DNA of 64,000 nt from Dehalococcoidia bacterium (GCA_965214635.1 OZ243964.1:2506691-2570690); one strand, 5' to 3'. Counted from the first letter of the stretch, positions 46,636 to 56,109 are shown. Translations and numbers: made by a program. Notes: generated from the letters alone by a model not told the origin.

Positions 46636-48210
46636 CTATCGGGATGCGCCGAACGGCGCGTGCAATCCTGCCATCGTGTACACTGCGTCGAGGTCCACGC
46701 TGCGGCGGACGAGGTCCGCGAGTTTGTCGTATTCGCCGTCAAGGTCGGGGATTGCGGCATCTGGCAGGTTGACGCCCTTGCGCTGTGCGAGCCACAGCAG
46801 CATGGAGCGGCGCAGCGTGTGGTTGTGGAACAGCCCATGCATGTATGTGCCGAGCGTAACGCCGTCTGCGTCTATTGCGCCGTCCGCTGCGTCTGTGGCG
46901 CCGCCAGAGCGCTCGGTGATACGGAAGGGCGAGGCAGCAGGTGCGTCTGATGCACCCCTGTTGGTGTATGTGCGCCCCATATGTATCTCATATCCCACGA
47001 TGTCAGCGCCACCGCTGCTGGTGAGCAAGCCCCTCGCTGCTGCGTTCGATACGCTGCCGCGCACCTGATGCGTGGATTTTTCGGGGGCGAATACGGTTGT
47101 CATCGGCAGCAATCCCATGCCGGGCGTATCCGGCTGCTGCGATTCCACGCCGTGCGGGTCTAGAATGCGCTCGCCGAGCATCTGATAGCCCCCGCATATG
47201 CCTATGACGGGCGTTCCCGCCTGTCGCCGTTTTACGATAGCATTGCTGATGCCCGTTGCGCGCATCCACTCCAAGTCCGCAGCGGTGGTTTTAGAGCCGG
47301 GAATGACGATTAGGTCAGGTGCGGCTAGGCTGTCCCCTGTGGCGACATAGCGCAGCCACACGCTCGGTTCGCGCCGCAGGGGGTCGAAGTCGTCGAAGTT
47401 CGCGATGCGCGGCAGACGGATGACGGCGATGTCCAAGCTGGCGTTGCTGTGCGTTTCGATGTGCGCCTGCGGGGGCAAGCCGAGCGAATCCTCCTCCGGG
47501 ATGTGGATGTCATCGAAGTAGGGGATGACGCCTGCGACGGGGACGCCTGTGCGCTCGAGCAGCATATCAAATCCGGAATCCAACAAGGATGGGTCGCCGC
47601 GAAACTTGTTGATGATGAAAGCCTTGACCAGCGCCTGCTCTGCCGGCTCCAACAGCGCCATCGTGCCGTACAGCGATGCGAACACGCCGCCGCGGTCGAT
47701 GTCGCCCACGATGATGACGGGGGCGTTGGCATAGCGCGCCACGCGCATGTTGACGATTTCGTGTTGCTTGAGGTTGATTTCGGCGGGGCTGCCCGCGCCC
47801 TCTATCACGACGATGTCGTACTGTCGGCGCAATGTGTCGAGCGCTTGCGTTACGATGTGCCACAGTTGGAGTTTCAGGTCGTAGTATTCGCGGGCGGACG
47901 CCGTGCACATCGGCTTGCCCATCACGACCACTTGTGAGCGGCGGTTGCCCTCGGGCTTGAGCAGGATGGGGTTCATCTCCACGGTGGGGGCGACGCGTGC
48001 TGCGTCTGCTTGCACGGCTTGCGCCCTGCCGAACTCCCCGCCGTCGGGTGTTACGAATGAGTTCAGCGACATGTTCTGCGCCTTGAACGGTGCGACGCGC
48101 AGCCCATCTTGCCGAAAGATGCGGCACAGCGCCGTCGCCATAAGCGACTTGCCGGCGTGGGATGTGGTGCCCTGCACCATCAGAACTTTTCCAAAAGCAG
48201 AGGATGGCAT
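46636..48210 (-). CDS. cobQ: cobyric acid synthase (C-terminus altered by IS insertion)
   Basis: 524 aa. 'LMVQGTTSHAGKSLMATALCR', and a C-terminal glutamine amidotransferase domain 'IGICGGYQMLG'. The present stop codon TAG is supplied by the IS terminal repeat. Confidence 0.9.
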   Translation of the reverse strand: MPSSAFGKVLMVQGTTSHAGKSLMATALCRIFRQDGLRVAPFKAQNMSLNSFVTPDGGEFGRAQAVQADAARVAPTVEMNPILLKPEGNRRSQVVVMGKPMCTASAREYYDLKLQLWHIVTQALDTLRRQYDIVVIEGAGSPAEINLKQHEIVNMRVARYANAPVIIVGDIDRGGVFASLYGTMALLEPAEQALVKAFIINKFRGDPSLLDSGFDMLLERTGVPVAGVIPYFDDIHIPEEDSLGLPPQAHIETHSNASLDIAVIRLPRIANFDDFDPLRREPSVWLRYVATGDSLAAPDLIVIPGSKTTAADLEWMRATGISNAIVKRRQAGTPVIGICGGYQMLGERILDPHGVESQQPDTPGMGLLPMTTVFAPEKSTHQVRGSVSNAAARGLLTSSGGADIVGYEIHMGRTYTNRGASDAPAASPFRITERSGGATDAADGAIDADGVTLGTYMHGLFHNHTLRRSMLLWLAQRKGVNLPDAAIPDLDGEYDKLADLVRRSVDLDAVYTMAGLHAPFGASR

Positions 48211-48289
48211 AAGCCTGTTAGTTCGCTAGTATTTCAGTTGGTCCGGGTTCAAAAGTCGCTCTCCCCAGTAAGCGGAGGGCTTGCGTATC

Positions 48290-48928
48290 CTACCAAACTC
48301 CGGTGGCGTACACATTGTGCAGGTGGGCGGTGTCGTTTAGGATTTCGAGGAAAGAACCGCCGTCAAAGACGCTGACGACCGATATGCCGCAGTTGCGTAG
48401 GCGCAACCGCCACATGTATTGCGGCGGCATGTCCATCAGCACCACGATGAGGGCGCGCAGCGTGCCTCCGTGTGCCACAACGAGGATATTCGCATCGTCG
48501 TCTTGGTGTGCGGCGAGCAGCTTGTCGGCAACCGCCTTGATGCGCTCGTACAGCTGCAGGTCGCTTTCACCCGATGGGGGCGCAAAGTTGATGTCCTCGT
48601 CGAAGAGGCGGCGAAACATCTCGGGGTGTTCGCTTTCAACCTGCTGGAAAGTCATGCCCTCCCAATCGCCGAACTTCTTTTCGCGCAGCCCTTCGATCTG
48701 CGTCAAGGGGATGTCCCTGCCCTCGACGATGGGCATAGCAGTGTGCACCACGCGCTCGAGGTCGCTGGAGTATGCGGCGTCGAAGCGCATCTCACGGAGT
48801 TTGGCGCCCGTCTCCTCCGCCTGCTTCCTGCCGGTTGCGTTCAGCGGCGTGTCCGACTGGCCCTGCGCCTTGCCCTCGGCGTTCCAATCGGTCTCTCCGT
48901 GTCTTACCAAAACCCATTTGCTGTTCAT
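48290..48928 (-). CDS. cobC: histidine-phosphatase family protein, alpha-ribazole phosphatase-like
   Basis: 212 aa. 'WVLVRHGETDWNAEGKAQGQSDTPLN', 'VVAHGGTLR'. Assigned by its position in the cob operon. Confidence 0.75.
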   Translation of the reverse strand: MNSKWVLVRHGETDWNAEGKAQGQSDTPLNATGRKQAEETGAKLREMRFDAAYSSDLERVVHTAMPIVEGRDIPLTQIEGLREKKFGDWEGMTFQQVESEHPEMFRRLFDEDINFAPPSGESDLQLYERIKAVADKLLAAHQDDDANILVVAHGGTLRALIVVLMDMPPQYMWRLRLRNCGISVVSVFDGGSFLEILNDTAHLHNVYATGVW

Positions 48929-48981
48929 ACTTTGTCCTCAATGTCTACTCTATCTACTCTTATGAAATCCGGCCTTTTATG

Positions 48982-50184
48982 TCATTGTGTCGAGGATAGT
49001 TCTTGCTGCATTGCGTCCATGAGCCGCTCGCATTCGGGCTGCGTGCGGATGCCGATGCGGATGTGCGTGGGTAGCCCGAATGACGCACAGTCGCGCACCG
49101 CAATGTGGTGGCGTGTCAGGAGCGCCGTTCGCAGCGTTGCCGCATCCCCCACCTTGACTAGGACGAAGTTTGCGGCGGGCGGAGTATATGGCAAGCCCAG
49201 CGCATCCAATCGCTGCGTCAGGTATCGCTTGGCGGTGCGAACGGCTGCTCTGCCGCGTGCGACATGCGTTTCGTCGGTGAGGGCGGCGATGCCAGCTGCC
49301 TGCGCCAAGCCGTTCACGCTCCAACTGGGCTGGTACCGCCGCAGGCGCTCTATCACCGGGGGCAGCGCAATCAGGTAGCCCAGCCGCAGCGCCGTAAGCC
49401 CGTAGTCTTTCGTCATCGAGCGTAGCAAAGCCACATTGTCCAAGTCCAGCAATTCCCGCGAGTCCCATGCATTTTCCACGAAGGGCAGGTATGCTTCATC
49501 TAATACTAGCAGGCTGTCGGGAGGTTCGCTGCGAGTGTCCCTGCCGTCGGCGCTCAGTGTGGTGGCGATGCGGCGCACATCGTCCAGGGGGAGGTAGTGG
49601 CCGGTCGGGTTGTTGGGGTTGCACAGGAACGCTAGCCTTGCGCTGCTTGGGGGGCGTATGCTTTTGTGGACAGTGCGCGCGGCGGCATCGATGTCCCATT
49701 GGAAATTGGCGGCTTCGCTTGCGGCAATGCTGATGATATGGGCGCCTTCGAGGGCGCATGCGGCTTCGTACTCGCCAAATGTGGGCGTGAACGCCACAGC
49801 GGACGCATCGGGTGTGAGATACGCACGCGCCGCTAGGTATATCAGCTCGGTGGAGCCGCTGCCGACTAGGATGTGCGACGGGGGGACGGCGTGATGCGCC
49901 GCCAGCGCCTCGCTCAACTCGGTGCAGCCGGTGTCGGGGTACGCCGCGATGTCCACGCCGAGGATTGCGTCTGCGGCGGCGGGGGATGCGCCGAGCGGGT
50001 TTATGCTGGCGCTGAAGTCGAGCACATCTGCGGGGCGTAATCCCAGCGCCCGAAGCTCGGCGGTGTTCAGCCCGCCATGCACGGGGCGGACTGTCTTATT
50101 CGAAGCATCCGATACCCGTTTATGGCGTTTTTCAATCATATTCGGTCTGACCGTCGCAATTCTGTCCGTCATATCCGCGCTCAT
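48982..50184 (-). CDS. cobD: L-threonine-O-3-phosphate decarboxylase (class I/II aminotransferase fold)
   Basis: ORF 48982..50541, start placed at ATG 50184 (alternatives 50172, 50139). 'HGGLNTAELRALGLRPADVLDFSASINPLG', 'FLCNPNNPTG', 'LRSMTKDYGLTALRLGY'. Confidence 0.8.
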   Translation of the reverse strand: MSADMTDRIATVRPNMIEKRHKRVSDASNKTVRPVHGGLNTAELRALGLRPADVLDFSASINPLGASPAAADAILGVDIAAYPDTGCTELSEALAAHHAVPPSHILVGSGSTELIYLAARAYLTPDASAVAFTPTFGEYEAACALEGAHIISIAASEAANFQWDIDAAARTVHKSIRPPSSARLAFLCNPNNPTGHYLPLDDVRRIATTLSADGRDTRSEPPDSLLVLDEAYLPFVENAWDSRELLDLDNVALLRSMTKDYGLTALRLGYLIALPPVIERLRRYQPSWSVNGLAQAAGIAALTDETHVARGRAAVRTAKRYLTQRLDALGLPYTPPAANFVLVKVGDAATLRTALLTRHHIAVRDCASFGLPTHIRIGIRTQPECERLMDAMQQELSSTQ

Positions 50185-50203
50185 GCTTATGCCGTGTGCT
50201 ACT

Positions 50204-50461
50204 CTACAAATCACGCCCACAGTGGTTGCATATGACAGGCTGGGCGCAGTATCGGCATCGCATAGCGCCGATTGAGGCGGCTTCGCGCTCTTTGCTCTCC
50301 CGCATGTTCGGCACTGCGATGGCGAGAATAAGACCGAACACGCCCAGCACGATGCCCACAATGAACCATATGCACCCGATTCTGCCCTTGTCGTATGCGA
50401 TGACGGCACTTGCAACACCGCAGCATGCCCATACGATAAGAAAGATGAACTCCATGCGCAA
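50204..50461 (-). CDS. small membrane protein with C-terminal Cys4 zinc-ribbon-like motif
   Basis: 85 aa. Two TM (FIFLIVWACCGVASAVIAY, IWFIVGIVLGVFGLILAIAV), then 'CRYCAQPVICNHCG'. It sits between cbiB and cobD in the same orientation. Confidence 0.5.
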   Translation of the reverse strand: MRMEFIFLIVWACCGVASAVIAYDKGRIGCIWFIVGIVLGVFGLILAIAVPNMRESKEREAASIGAMRCRYCAQPVICNHCGRDL

Positions 50462-50641
50462 ATATCTTCTGTTGGTATGTCGGTATAAGGCGATTTTTCA
50501 ACCAGATATACCTTATCACCTTTGGGACAAATCCTCTCCACAATACCGCGAGAAAATTGCGAAGGGTCTGATGCACTTCAATGCGAGAAATCTCAACCAC
50601 ACACGAAACTCTGCTTGTTTCTTGCTGTCTGATGGGGAGGC

Positions 50642-51646
50642 TCAGCCTGCTACGATGGTGCGCGCTGCAATCGCCGCCACTGCTGTTATCATGCCTAGCG
50701 CTGCTGTGATGTACGCCAGCCGCACGGCAGCGCCGATGTGAGACGGCGTGGGTGCTCCAAACTCTGCGCCGATGCGATAGTGGCACGGCTTTTCGAGCGC
50801 GACGCCCAGCAATCCCGACATAGCGGCTATTGTCCAGCCGGCGTTGGGGCTTGCGGTCAGGCGATGCTGCCGGATTGCGATGCGCCAACCTGTGCGGACG
50901 CCGCCGCTGCTTGCGCGAGTCTCGGCTGCGCCGCGCAATTTCGTCAATGGGAACACAGCGCCGGCTAGTATTAGCAGCGCAGCGGCGATGCGCGCGGGCG
51001 CTAGGTTAGCAAAGTCATCCAAGCGTGCGGACGCCTTGCCTAGGTACTCGTAGCGTCCGCGATACCCTATCATGCTGTCGAGCGTGTTGATTGCGCGATA
51101 TGCGAATGCGCCGGGCAGCCCGAACAGGGCGAATGCGAGCCACGGGGCGATGTAGCTATCCGCGGTGTTTTCGGCTACGGACTCTATGGCGGCGGCGGCA
51201 ACGAGCGGCTTTGAGAGCGTGCCTGCGTCGCGGCTGACTAGGCTGCGGAGGCTCTGGCGTGCTGCGCTCACGGCGTCGGCTTCTATGGCGCGCTGTGTTT
51301 CGGATGCGGCAGCGGCTAATCCGCGCACGCTGAATGTGGTCTTGAGCAGGATTGCGCCGCCTATGAGGTAGGGCAGGCTGCCGAGTTCGCGCAGTCCTGC
51401 TGTGGCAAGCCATGCAACGCTGCCGACTACTATCGGCAACCCGACGGCGATGCCTGCGCCGATTATGAGCGCCGCCGTCTTGCCCCGTCCGTCTGCGAGC
51501 CGTTCCAGTGCGGCGATTGCCTTGCCCATCCACGCCACGGGGTGGACGGCGTTCGGTGGCTCTGGCAGCACAAGGTCGAGGATTATCGCAAGCAGCAGCA
51601 CACCCGCATCAAGATGCCAGTTCGTATGCCAAGCCAGCAGCGCCAT
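50642..51646 (-). CDS. cbiB: adenosylcobinamide-phosphate synthase
   Basis: 334 aa, multi-TM. 'LLLAIILDLVLPEPPNAVHPVAWMGKAI', 'SMIGYRGRYEYLG', 'SPNAGW'. Confidence 0.9.
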   Translation of the reverse strand: MALLAWHTNWHLDAGVLLLAIILDLVLPEPPNAVHPVAWMGKAIAALERLADGRGKTAALIIGAGIAVGLPIVVGSVAWLATAGLRELGSLPYLIGGAILLKTTFSVRGLAAAASETQRAIEADAVSAARQSLRSLVSRDAGTLSKPLVAAAAIESVAENTADSYIAPWLAFALFGLPGAFAYRAINTLDSMIGYRGRYEYLGKASARLDDFANLAPARIAAALLILAGAVFPLTKLRGAAETRASSGGVRTGWRIAIRQHRLTASPNAGWTIAAMSGLLGVALEKPCHYRIGAEFGAPTPSHIGAAVRLAYITAALGMITAVAAIAARTIVAG

Positions 51647-52510
51647 CTAGCCCACGACTCGCACTAGCAGCGTCATCAGGGGCGATTGTAGGGCGAACAG
51701 CCCTGCGGCAGGCATTGCCGCCGCAAGCAGCAGCACGGCGACCTCGGCGGTTTCGTTGACTGCGCCGTAGATGTCGCCGGTAACGCCGCCAAGCAGCCGC
51801 TGTGCCCAAGCACCCAGCGCCCAAGCCACGCCACACGCCGCCGCAAGCAGCGTGATGCCCGCCAATCCGCCGATCATCAGGCTCGCCAAGAGCGTTATCC
51901 CAAACCCGACGATGAGCTGCCAGTGGATACGCACGCTGCCTGTTGCTGCGCCCGTTTTCGGGGCGAAGAATGCGCTGCCGATGCCTCGCTCTCTGGCATA
52001 CGGGTAAATCTCCATCGTGAGCAGCATCGCCCAGCGCGCAAGGCATGGGAAGAGGATGAGAGCGGGCAGGCGCATCGGTGCTGTCAGCGCCATCAGTGCG
52101 CCGACCTTGATGAGCAGCAGGCACACCACGCCCACAACGGCGAAAGCGCCCACATTTGGGTCGCGCAGGATGGCGAGTCGCCGCTGCCGTTCGAATCCGC
52201 CCAGCAGTGCGTCGCAGCTGTCCATGAACCCGTCCAAGTGCAGCGCTCGGCTTAGGGCAATAAGCACTGCAACTATCAGCGCAGCGAACAGCAAGCCCGT
52301 GGGCTGGGTGAGCGCATCGGCGGCTTGGAACTGCCATGTCAGCGGTTCGCCGATGAACGCAAGGCGCAGCAGCTCCAGAGCGGCGAGGATGCAACCCAGC
52401 ATCAAGCCCACGAGCGGGAAGTATGCGCGTGCCGTTGCTAACGACACTTCACCGCGCGGTGCAATTGGCAGGATTGTCAGGAAACCGATGGCGGCGCGCA
52501 GTCCGCTCAC
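51647..52510 (-). CDS. cobS: adenosylcobinamide-GDP ribazoletransferase (cobalamin synthase)
   Basis: 287 aa, multi-TM. 'AIGFLTILPI', 'HLDGFMDSCDAL', 'GVTGDIYGA'. Confidence 0.9.
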   Translation of the reverse strand: MSGLRAAIGFLTILPIAPRGEVSLATARAYFPLVGLMLGCILAALELLRLAFIGEPLTWQFQAADALTQPTGLLFAALIVAVLIALSRALHLDGFMDSCDALLGGFERQRRLAILRDPNVGAFAVVGVVCLLLIKVGALMALTAPMRLPALILFPCLARWAMLLTMEIYPYARERGIGSAFFAPKTGAATGSVRIHWQLIVGFGITLLASLMIGGLAGITLLAAACGVAWALGAWAQRLLGGVTGDIYGAVNETAEVAVLLLAAAMPAAGLFALQSPLMTLLVRVVG

Positions 52511-53613
52511 GAGGTGCGCTCGGCTGTGCCGTCCTCCGATGCAGCATCGGTTTCGTCTCGGTCGGACACGCCCGCTTCGCCGAATGTCGCCATTTGGGAC
52601 AGCGTTGCCGCCGCTGCCTCGATGATAGGCATCGCAAGCACTGCGCCACTGCCCTCGCCCAGCCGCATATCCAGATCCAGCAGGGGCGTCAGGTTCAGGC
52701 GGGACAGGATGACGGCGTGCCCTCTTTCGGCGGAGCGATGGGATGCAATCAGATATGGTCGCAGCGTCGGGCAGATGGCGTGTGCGATGAGCATCGCAGC
52801 ACCAGAGATGAAGCCATCCATGACGACTGCGCGCCTCATCGCCGCTGCTCCGAGCGCCACGCCCGCAAGCGTCCCAATTTCAAAGCCGCCCACTTTTGCC
52901 AGCACATCCAAGCCGTCGTTGGGGTTGGGGGCATTGCGGTGCAACGCCGTTTCGACGACTGCTACTTTTTGCGCCATCTCGTCGGGCGTGCGGCCTGTGC
53001 CGGCGCCGGTGGTGTCGCGCGGCGATGCGCCGGTAATGGCGGCGGTGATGGCGGCGGATGGCGTGGTATTGCCGATGCCCATGTCGCCGGCGGCTATCAG
53101 GTCTGCGCCGCCTTGCGCTGCATCGACCGCTAGGCGCGCGCCGTTGAGGACGGCTTGCTCGGCTTGGCGGCGGGACATCGCTGGTCCCTGCGTGATGTCG
53201 GCTGTGCCGCTGCCGATGCGAAAGGATCGCAGTTCAGGATGTGCAGGCATTTCGGTGGCGATACCAGCGTCCACGATGATTTGGTGGACGCCGAGCAGTC
53301 TCGCCATCACGCTGACCGCTGCGCCTCCCGCCAAAAAGTTGAGCACCATCTGTGCCGTAACTTCCCGCGGATAGCCGCTGACGCCCTGCGCCACTACGCC
53401 GTGGTCTGCGGCGGCGACGATGACGGCTTTGCCGCGTATGGCGGGCGTTTCGCTGCCGAATATGCCGGCGAGCTGCACGGACAGGTCTTCCAGCGTGCCG
53501 AGACTGCCGGGCGGCTTGGTGAGGCTGCGCTGGCGTTCTTGCGCGCTCTGCATGGCGTCCGCATCGGCGGGGCGTATGCTGGCGATGACATCATCCAGCG
53601 AGTCGAAGTTCAT
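52507..53613 (-). CDS. cobT: nicotinate-nucleotide--dimethylbenzimidazole phosphoribosyltransferase
   Basis: 368 aa. 'LTKPPGSLGTLEDLSVQLAGI', 'AADHGV', 'GDMGIGNTT', 'LDLDMRLGEGSGA'. Overlaps cobS by 4 nt. Confidence 0.9.
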   Translation of the reverse strand: MNFDSLDDVIASIRPADADAMQSAQERQRSLTKPPGSLGTLEDLSVQLAGIFGSETPAIRGKAVIVAAADHGVVAQGVSGYPREVTAQMVLNFLAGGAAVSVMARLLGVHQIIVDAGIATEMPAHPELRSFRIGSGTADITQGPAMSRRQAEQAVLNGARLAVDAAQGGADLIAAGDMGIGNTTPSAAITAAITGASPRDTTGAGTGRTPDEMAQKVAVVETALHRNAPNPNDGLDVLAKVGGFEIGTLAGVALGAAAMRRAVVMDGFISGAAMLIAHAICPTLRPYLIASHRSAERGHAVILSRLNLTPLLDLDMRLGEGSGAVLAMPIIEAAAATLSQMATFGEAGVSDRDETDAASEDGTAERTS

Positions 53614-53797
53614 CTGCAGATCCTGTTGTGTCGGCGCTTATGCGACAGCGTTTCCATATAGATATAGATGACCGCCGTTCATCACATGCCCGGCTCTGTC
53701 GCTTCGGCGATTTCAGGGGGACGGCGATGCTATAGCGGGGCGTGTATGAGGGATGGGGTTTGAGCATATGGCGGTCAGCGCATTAGAGGGACGCCGC

Positions 53798-54067
53798 TCA
53801 TGTTTCGTAGTCGATTTCCAATTTTGCGCCGCGATTACTGGCAGGCGTGAACACTATGCGGCTCTCATATGCGCCCTGCTTTTTCCACAGCCGCCACATG
53901 GCGTCGCAAGCCATGCCCATCTTGATGGAGCGTCCGGTGACCACGCCGTCGTGCACCTGCTTGGAGGTGATGCGGCGCATGCTTTCACCCGCATCTCGCG
54001 CTTCGTCCAGCAGGCGCACAAGCTCGGCGTCGAACTGTTCGTCGTAGTATTCGTACTGTTCTGCCAT
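53798..54067 (-). CDS. hypothetical small protein inside the cob cluster
   Basis: ORF 53798..54106, start placed at ATG 54067 (MAEQYEYYDEQFD...). Soluble and acidic at the N-terminus. No family recognised. Confidence 0.4.
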   Translation of the reverse strand: MAEQYEYYDEQFDAELVRLLDEARDAGESMRRITSKQVHDGVVTGRSIKMGMACDAMWRLWKKQGAYESRIVFTPASNRGAKLEIDYET

Positions 54068-54128
54068 GTTAGTCTTTCGGGTTTTGGCGGAAGTTATATG
54101 GCGCAACGGCTCATAGACGGGCTGCTCG

Positions 54129-54740
54129 CTAAAACTCCAAGCCGGGCTGTGCCTTGATTCCCTGCTCCCTGTACGGGTGCTTGATTTCGCGCATTTCGGT
54201 TACGAGGTCGGCGAACTCTACTAGGGCGTCGGGAGCGTATCTGCCGGTGATGATGATGTGCAACATATGCGGCTTCTGCTTGAGCGTGTCGATGACATCT
54301 TCGACCGGTATCCAGCCGTAGTGGAGCGGGTATGTGAACTCGTCTAGGATGATGACATCGTGTTCGTCGGCGAGTATGGTGCGCTTGCAGTTTTCCCACT
54401 GGGTGCGCGCTAGGTTTTGGGTGCTTTCCATGTTCTTGGTGCGCCAAGTGAAGCCGTCGCCCATTGCGGACATCGGGATGCCGAGTTTTTCGGCTGCGCG
54501 GCTTTCGCCGAAGCGCGAGCCGGTGTGCTTGAGGAACTGAAACATCTCCACGCGCATGTTGCGTCCCCAAGCGCGAAACAGCACGCCCAACGCGGCGGTG
54601 GTCTTGCCCTTGCCGTTGCCCGTGTTGACCACCACCAGCCCCTTCTTGATGCGCGGCCCCTTGACCGGCTGGTGTTCGCGCTGTGATTCGTCTTGTTGTG
54701 TCTCATCCTGCTGTGCGGCGGATGCGGCGTTGTCGGTCAT
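54129..54740 (-). CDS. cobO: cob(I)yrinic acid a,c-diamide adenosyltransferase
   Basis: 203 aa. 'KGLVVVNTGNGKGKTTAALG', 'DVIILDEFTY', 'IIITGR'. Confidence 0.9.
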   Translation of the reverse strand: MTDNAASAAQQDETQQDESQREHQPVKGPRIKKGLVVVNTGNGKGKTTAALGVLFRAWGRNMRVEMFQFLKHTGSRFGESRAAEKLGIPMSAMGDGFTWRTKNMESTQNLARTQWENCKRTILADEHDVIILDEFTYPLHYGWIPVEDVIDTLKQKPHMLHIIITGRYAPDALVEFADLVTEMREIKHPYREQGIKAQPGLEF

Positions 54741-54776
54741 AAGCGCCCTCCATTCAGCCCCCGTGGTTGTGCACGG

Positions 54777-55529
54777 CTACTGGGCAAGGTGCGGGTGTGC
54801 GGCGTGATGAGCGGACTTTTCGCCCCGCTGAAGCAGCCAAGCGAAGCCCGCCCCGATTATCGCCCATGTGAGCAGATGCCCCATTAGCGTTACATTGTTA
54901 AATTTCAGCAGCAGAGGCGCCGGCACATCCACCGGGTCTGGGTTGCTCGGGATGAGGGCAAACATCAACAACACGAAGGCGAAGTATGACAACGCAGTAA
55001 CGAGGTATAGGCGTTGGCGCATGTGGGCGGCGCTGATGGAGTTTCGGATTTCGTTCAGCGCGAGTATCACTGCTGCAACGCCCAGCACCGACAGGAAGTA
55101 GAACAGTAGCTGCATCCCCTGACGGAACACGAGCGTGTCTTCGCTGCCCACGCCGGGAGGCACGAACGAGAACTTCAATGAAGTGAGATAGGACACCGCC
55201 CAGAAGCCGAGCGCCGCAGCCGTAAGCGCCGACGCTGGGGACGGGGTATCTGCCAGCGCCCACCGCAGCAAGCCGTAAGCGCCGACGAACACCAGCCCGA
55301 ACACAGCGCCGAGTATCCCTGCGCCGATGACCAAGCCGATGCGCTGCACACCCAGCGACACCAGCGGCGGCTCTTCCTCGCCTGCTGCGTCCGTCGGGGC
55401 TGCTGCGCGCTGCTCTTCTAGGGCGATTGCTTCCTCGATGATGGGCACGGTAAAGATGTTGTGATACAAGCCGGCTATCAGACCTGCGACAAGCCCAATC
55501 AACACCGCGCGCAATATGGTTTGGTGCAT
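54777..55529 (-). CDS. cbtA: cobalt transporter subunit CbtA
   Basis: 250 aa, multi-TM. 'LIGLVAGLIAGLYHNIFTVPIIEEAIALEE' and a His-rich C-terminus (SAHHAAHPH). Confidence 0.75.
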   Translation of the reverse strand: MHQTILRAVLIGLVAGLIAGLYHNIFTVPIIEEAIALEEQRAAAPTDAAGEEEPPLVSLGVQRIGLVIGAGILGAVFGLVFVGAYGLLRWALADTPSPASALTAAALGFWAVSYLTSLKFSFVPPGVGSEDTLVFRQGMQLLFYFLSVLGVAAVILALNEIRNSISAAHMRQRLYLVTALSYFAFVLLMFALIPSNPDPVDVPAPLLLKFNNVTLMGHLLTWAIIGAGFAWLLQRGEKSAHHAAHPHLAQ

Positions 55530-55632
55530 AGCGCATCTGCTCCGGGGAGTTTCAGTGGCTGGCTGTTAGCGTTCGGTTGTCCGCGAGCGTTGCTAACGGT
55601 TAGAGCTGATTGCTAACTGCTAACACTGGTTT

Positions 55633-55845
55633 CTAGTGGCACATCAGCGCCACATGCCGGGCGTGGTGGAAGAACTCGTGGACATAGTTGAGCGCCGCGC
55701 CCTTGTCTCCGACGATGGCGGCGGCGTGCACACTTCCGTCCACATAGCCTGCGGCGTATAGCAGGATGGCGGCAGCGCCAACCCACATCCCTGCTCCCAT
55801 CGCTCTGCGCGACAGAACGCCCGTCTCTCTTGCGAGTGTAGTCAT
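55633..55845 (-). CDS. cbtB: cobalt transporter subunit CbtB
   Basis: 70 aa, one TM, C-terminal 'VHEFFHHARHVALMCH'. RBS AAGGGAGGGG. Confidence 0.75.
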   Translation of the reverse strand: MTTLARETGVLSRRAMGAGMWVGAAAILLYAAGYVDGSVHAAAIVGDKGAALNYVHEFFHHARHVALMCH

Positions 55846-56109
55846 AGGTTCGTCCCCTCCCTTAGTATGGTGATAGATTTTTGATAGTTTATCGCAAACG
55901 ACGCCTAGTTGCTCGGTTCGGAAGCGGCGGAGCCGCTGTTCCTCTATTTCCCGAAGCTGCGCCTGCGCCTCTGCGAGTGCGTATTCGACTTCTAATCGTG
56001 CGGCTTGTCCGTCTGCCGTATGGTGCAGCCGATTGGGCTGCGATTGCCTTGATATTCACACGGAACACTATGCAGCAGTCGGGCATGTCTTTGTCATTGA
56101 TGCTGTCAG

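Larger units (their letters stand above)
45575..46640 (-). mobile_element. 1,066-bp insertion sequence (DDE transposase with IS256/MULE-like motifs; family not certain)
   Basis: Terminal inverted repeats GGTAGCGTTTCCATTCAGGTGGTCGA (45575) and GATAGCGTTTCCATTCAGGTGGTCGA (minus strand, ending 46640). 8-bp direct target duplication GGGATGCG at 45567-45574 and 46641-46648. Confidence 0.85.

Noticed and set aside
50185-50541. N-terminal 119-codon extension of the cobD ORF (48982..50541)
   Set aside because: The extension has no aminotransferase similarity and overlaps the better-looking 85-aa membrane/zinc-ribbon ORF in another frame. CobD-type proteins start near the HGG motif, so internal ATG 50184 was preferred.
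53614-53797. Possible cobalamin riboswitch upstream of cobT
   Set aside because: Read on the minus strand, I found no GGUG.GAA core, GCCACUG or B12 box, only AGAGCCGGGC, which is too weak. The region also contains a 14-nt IS-end-like fragment. An Infernal scan would be needed to revisit this.
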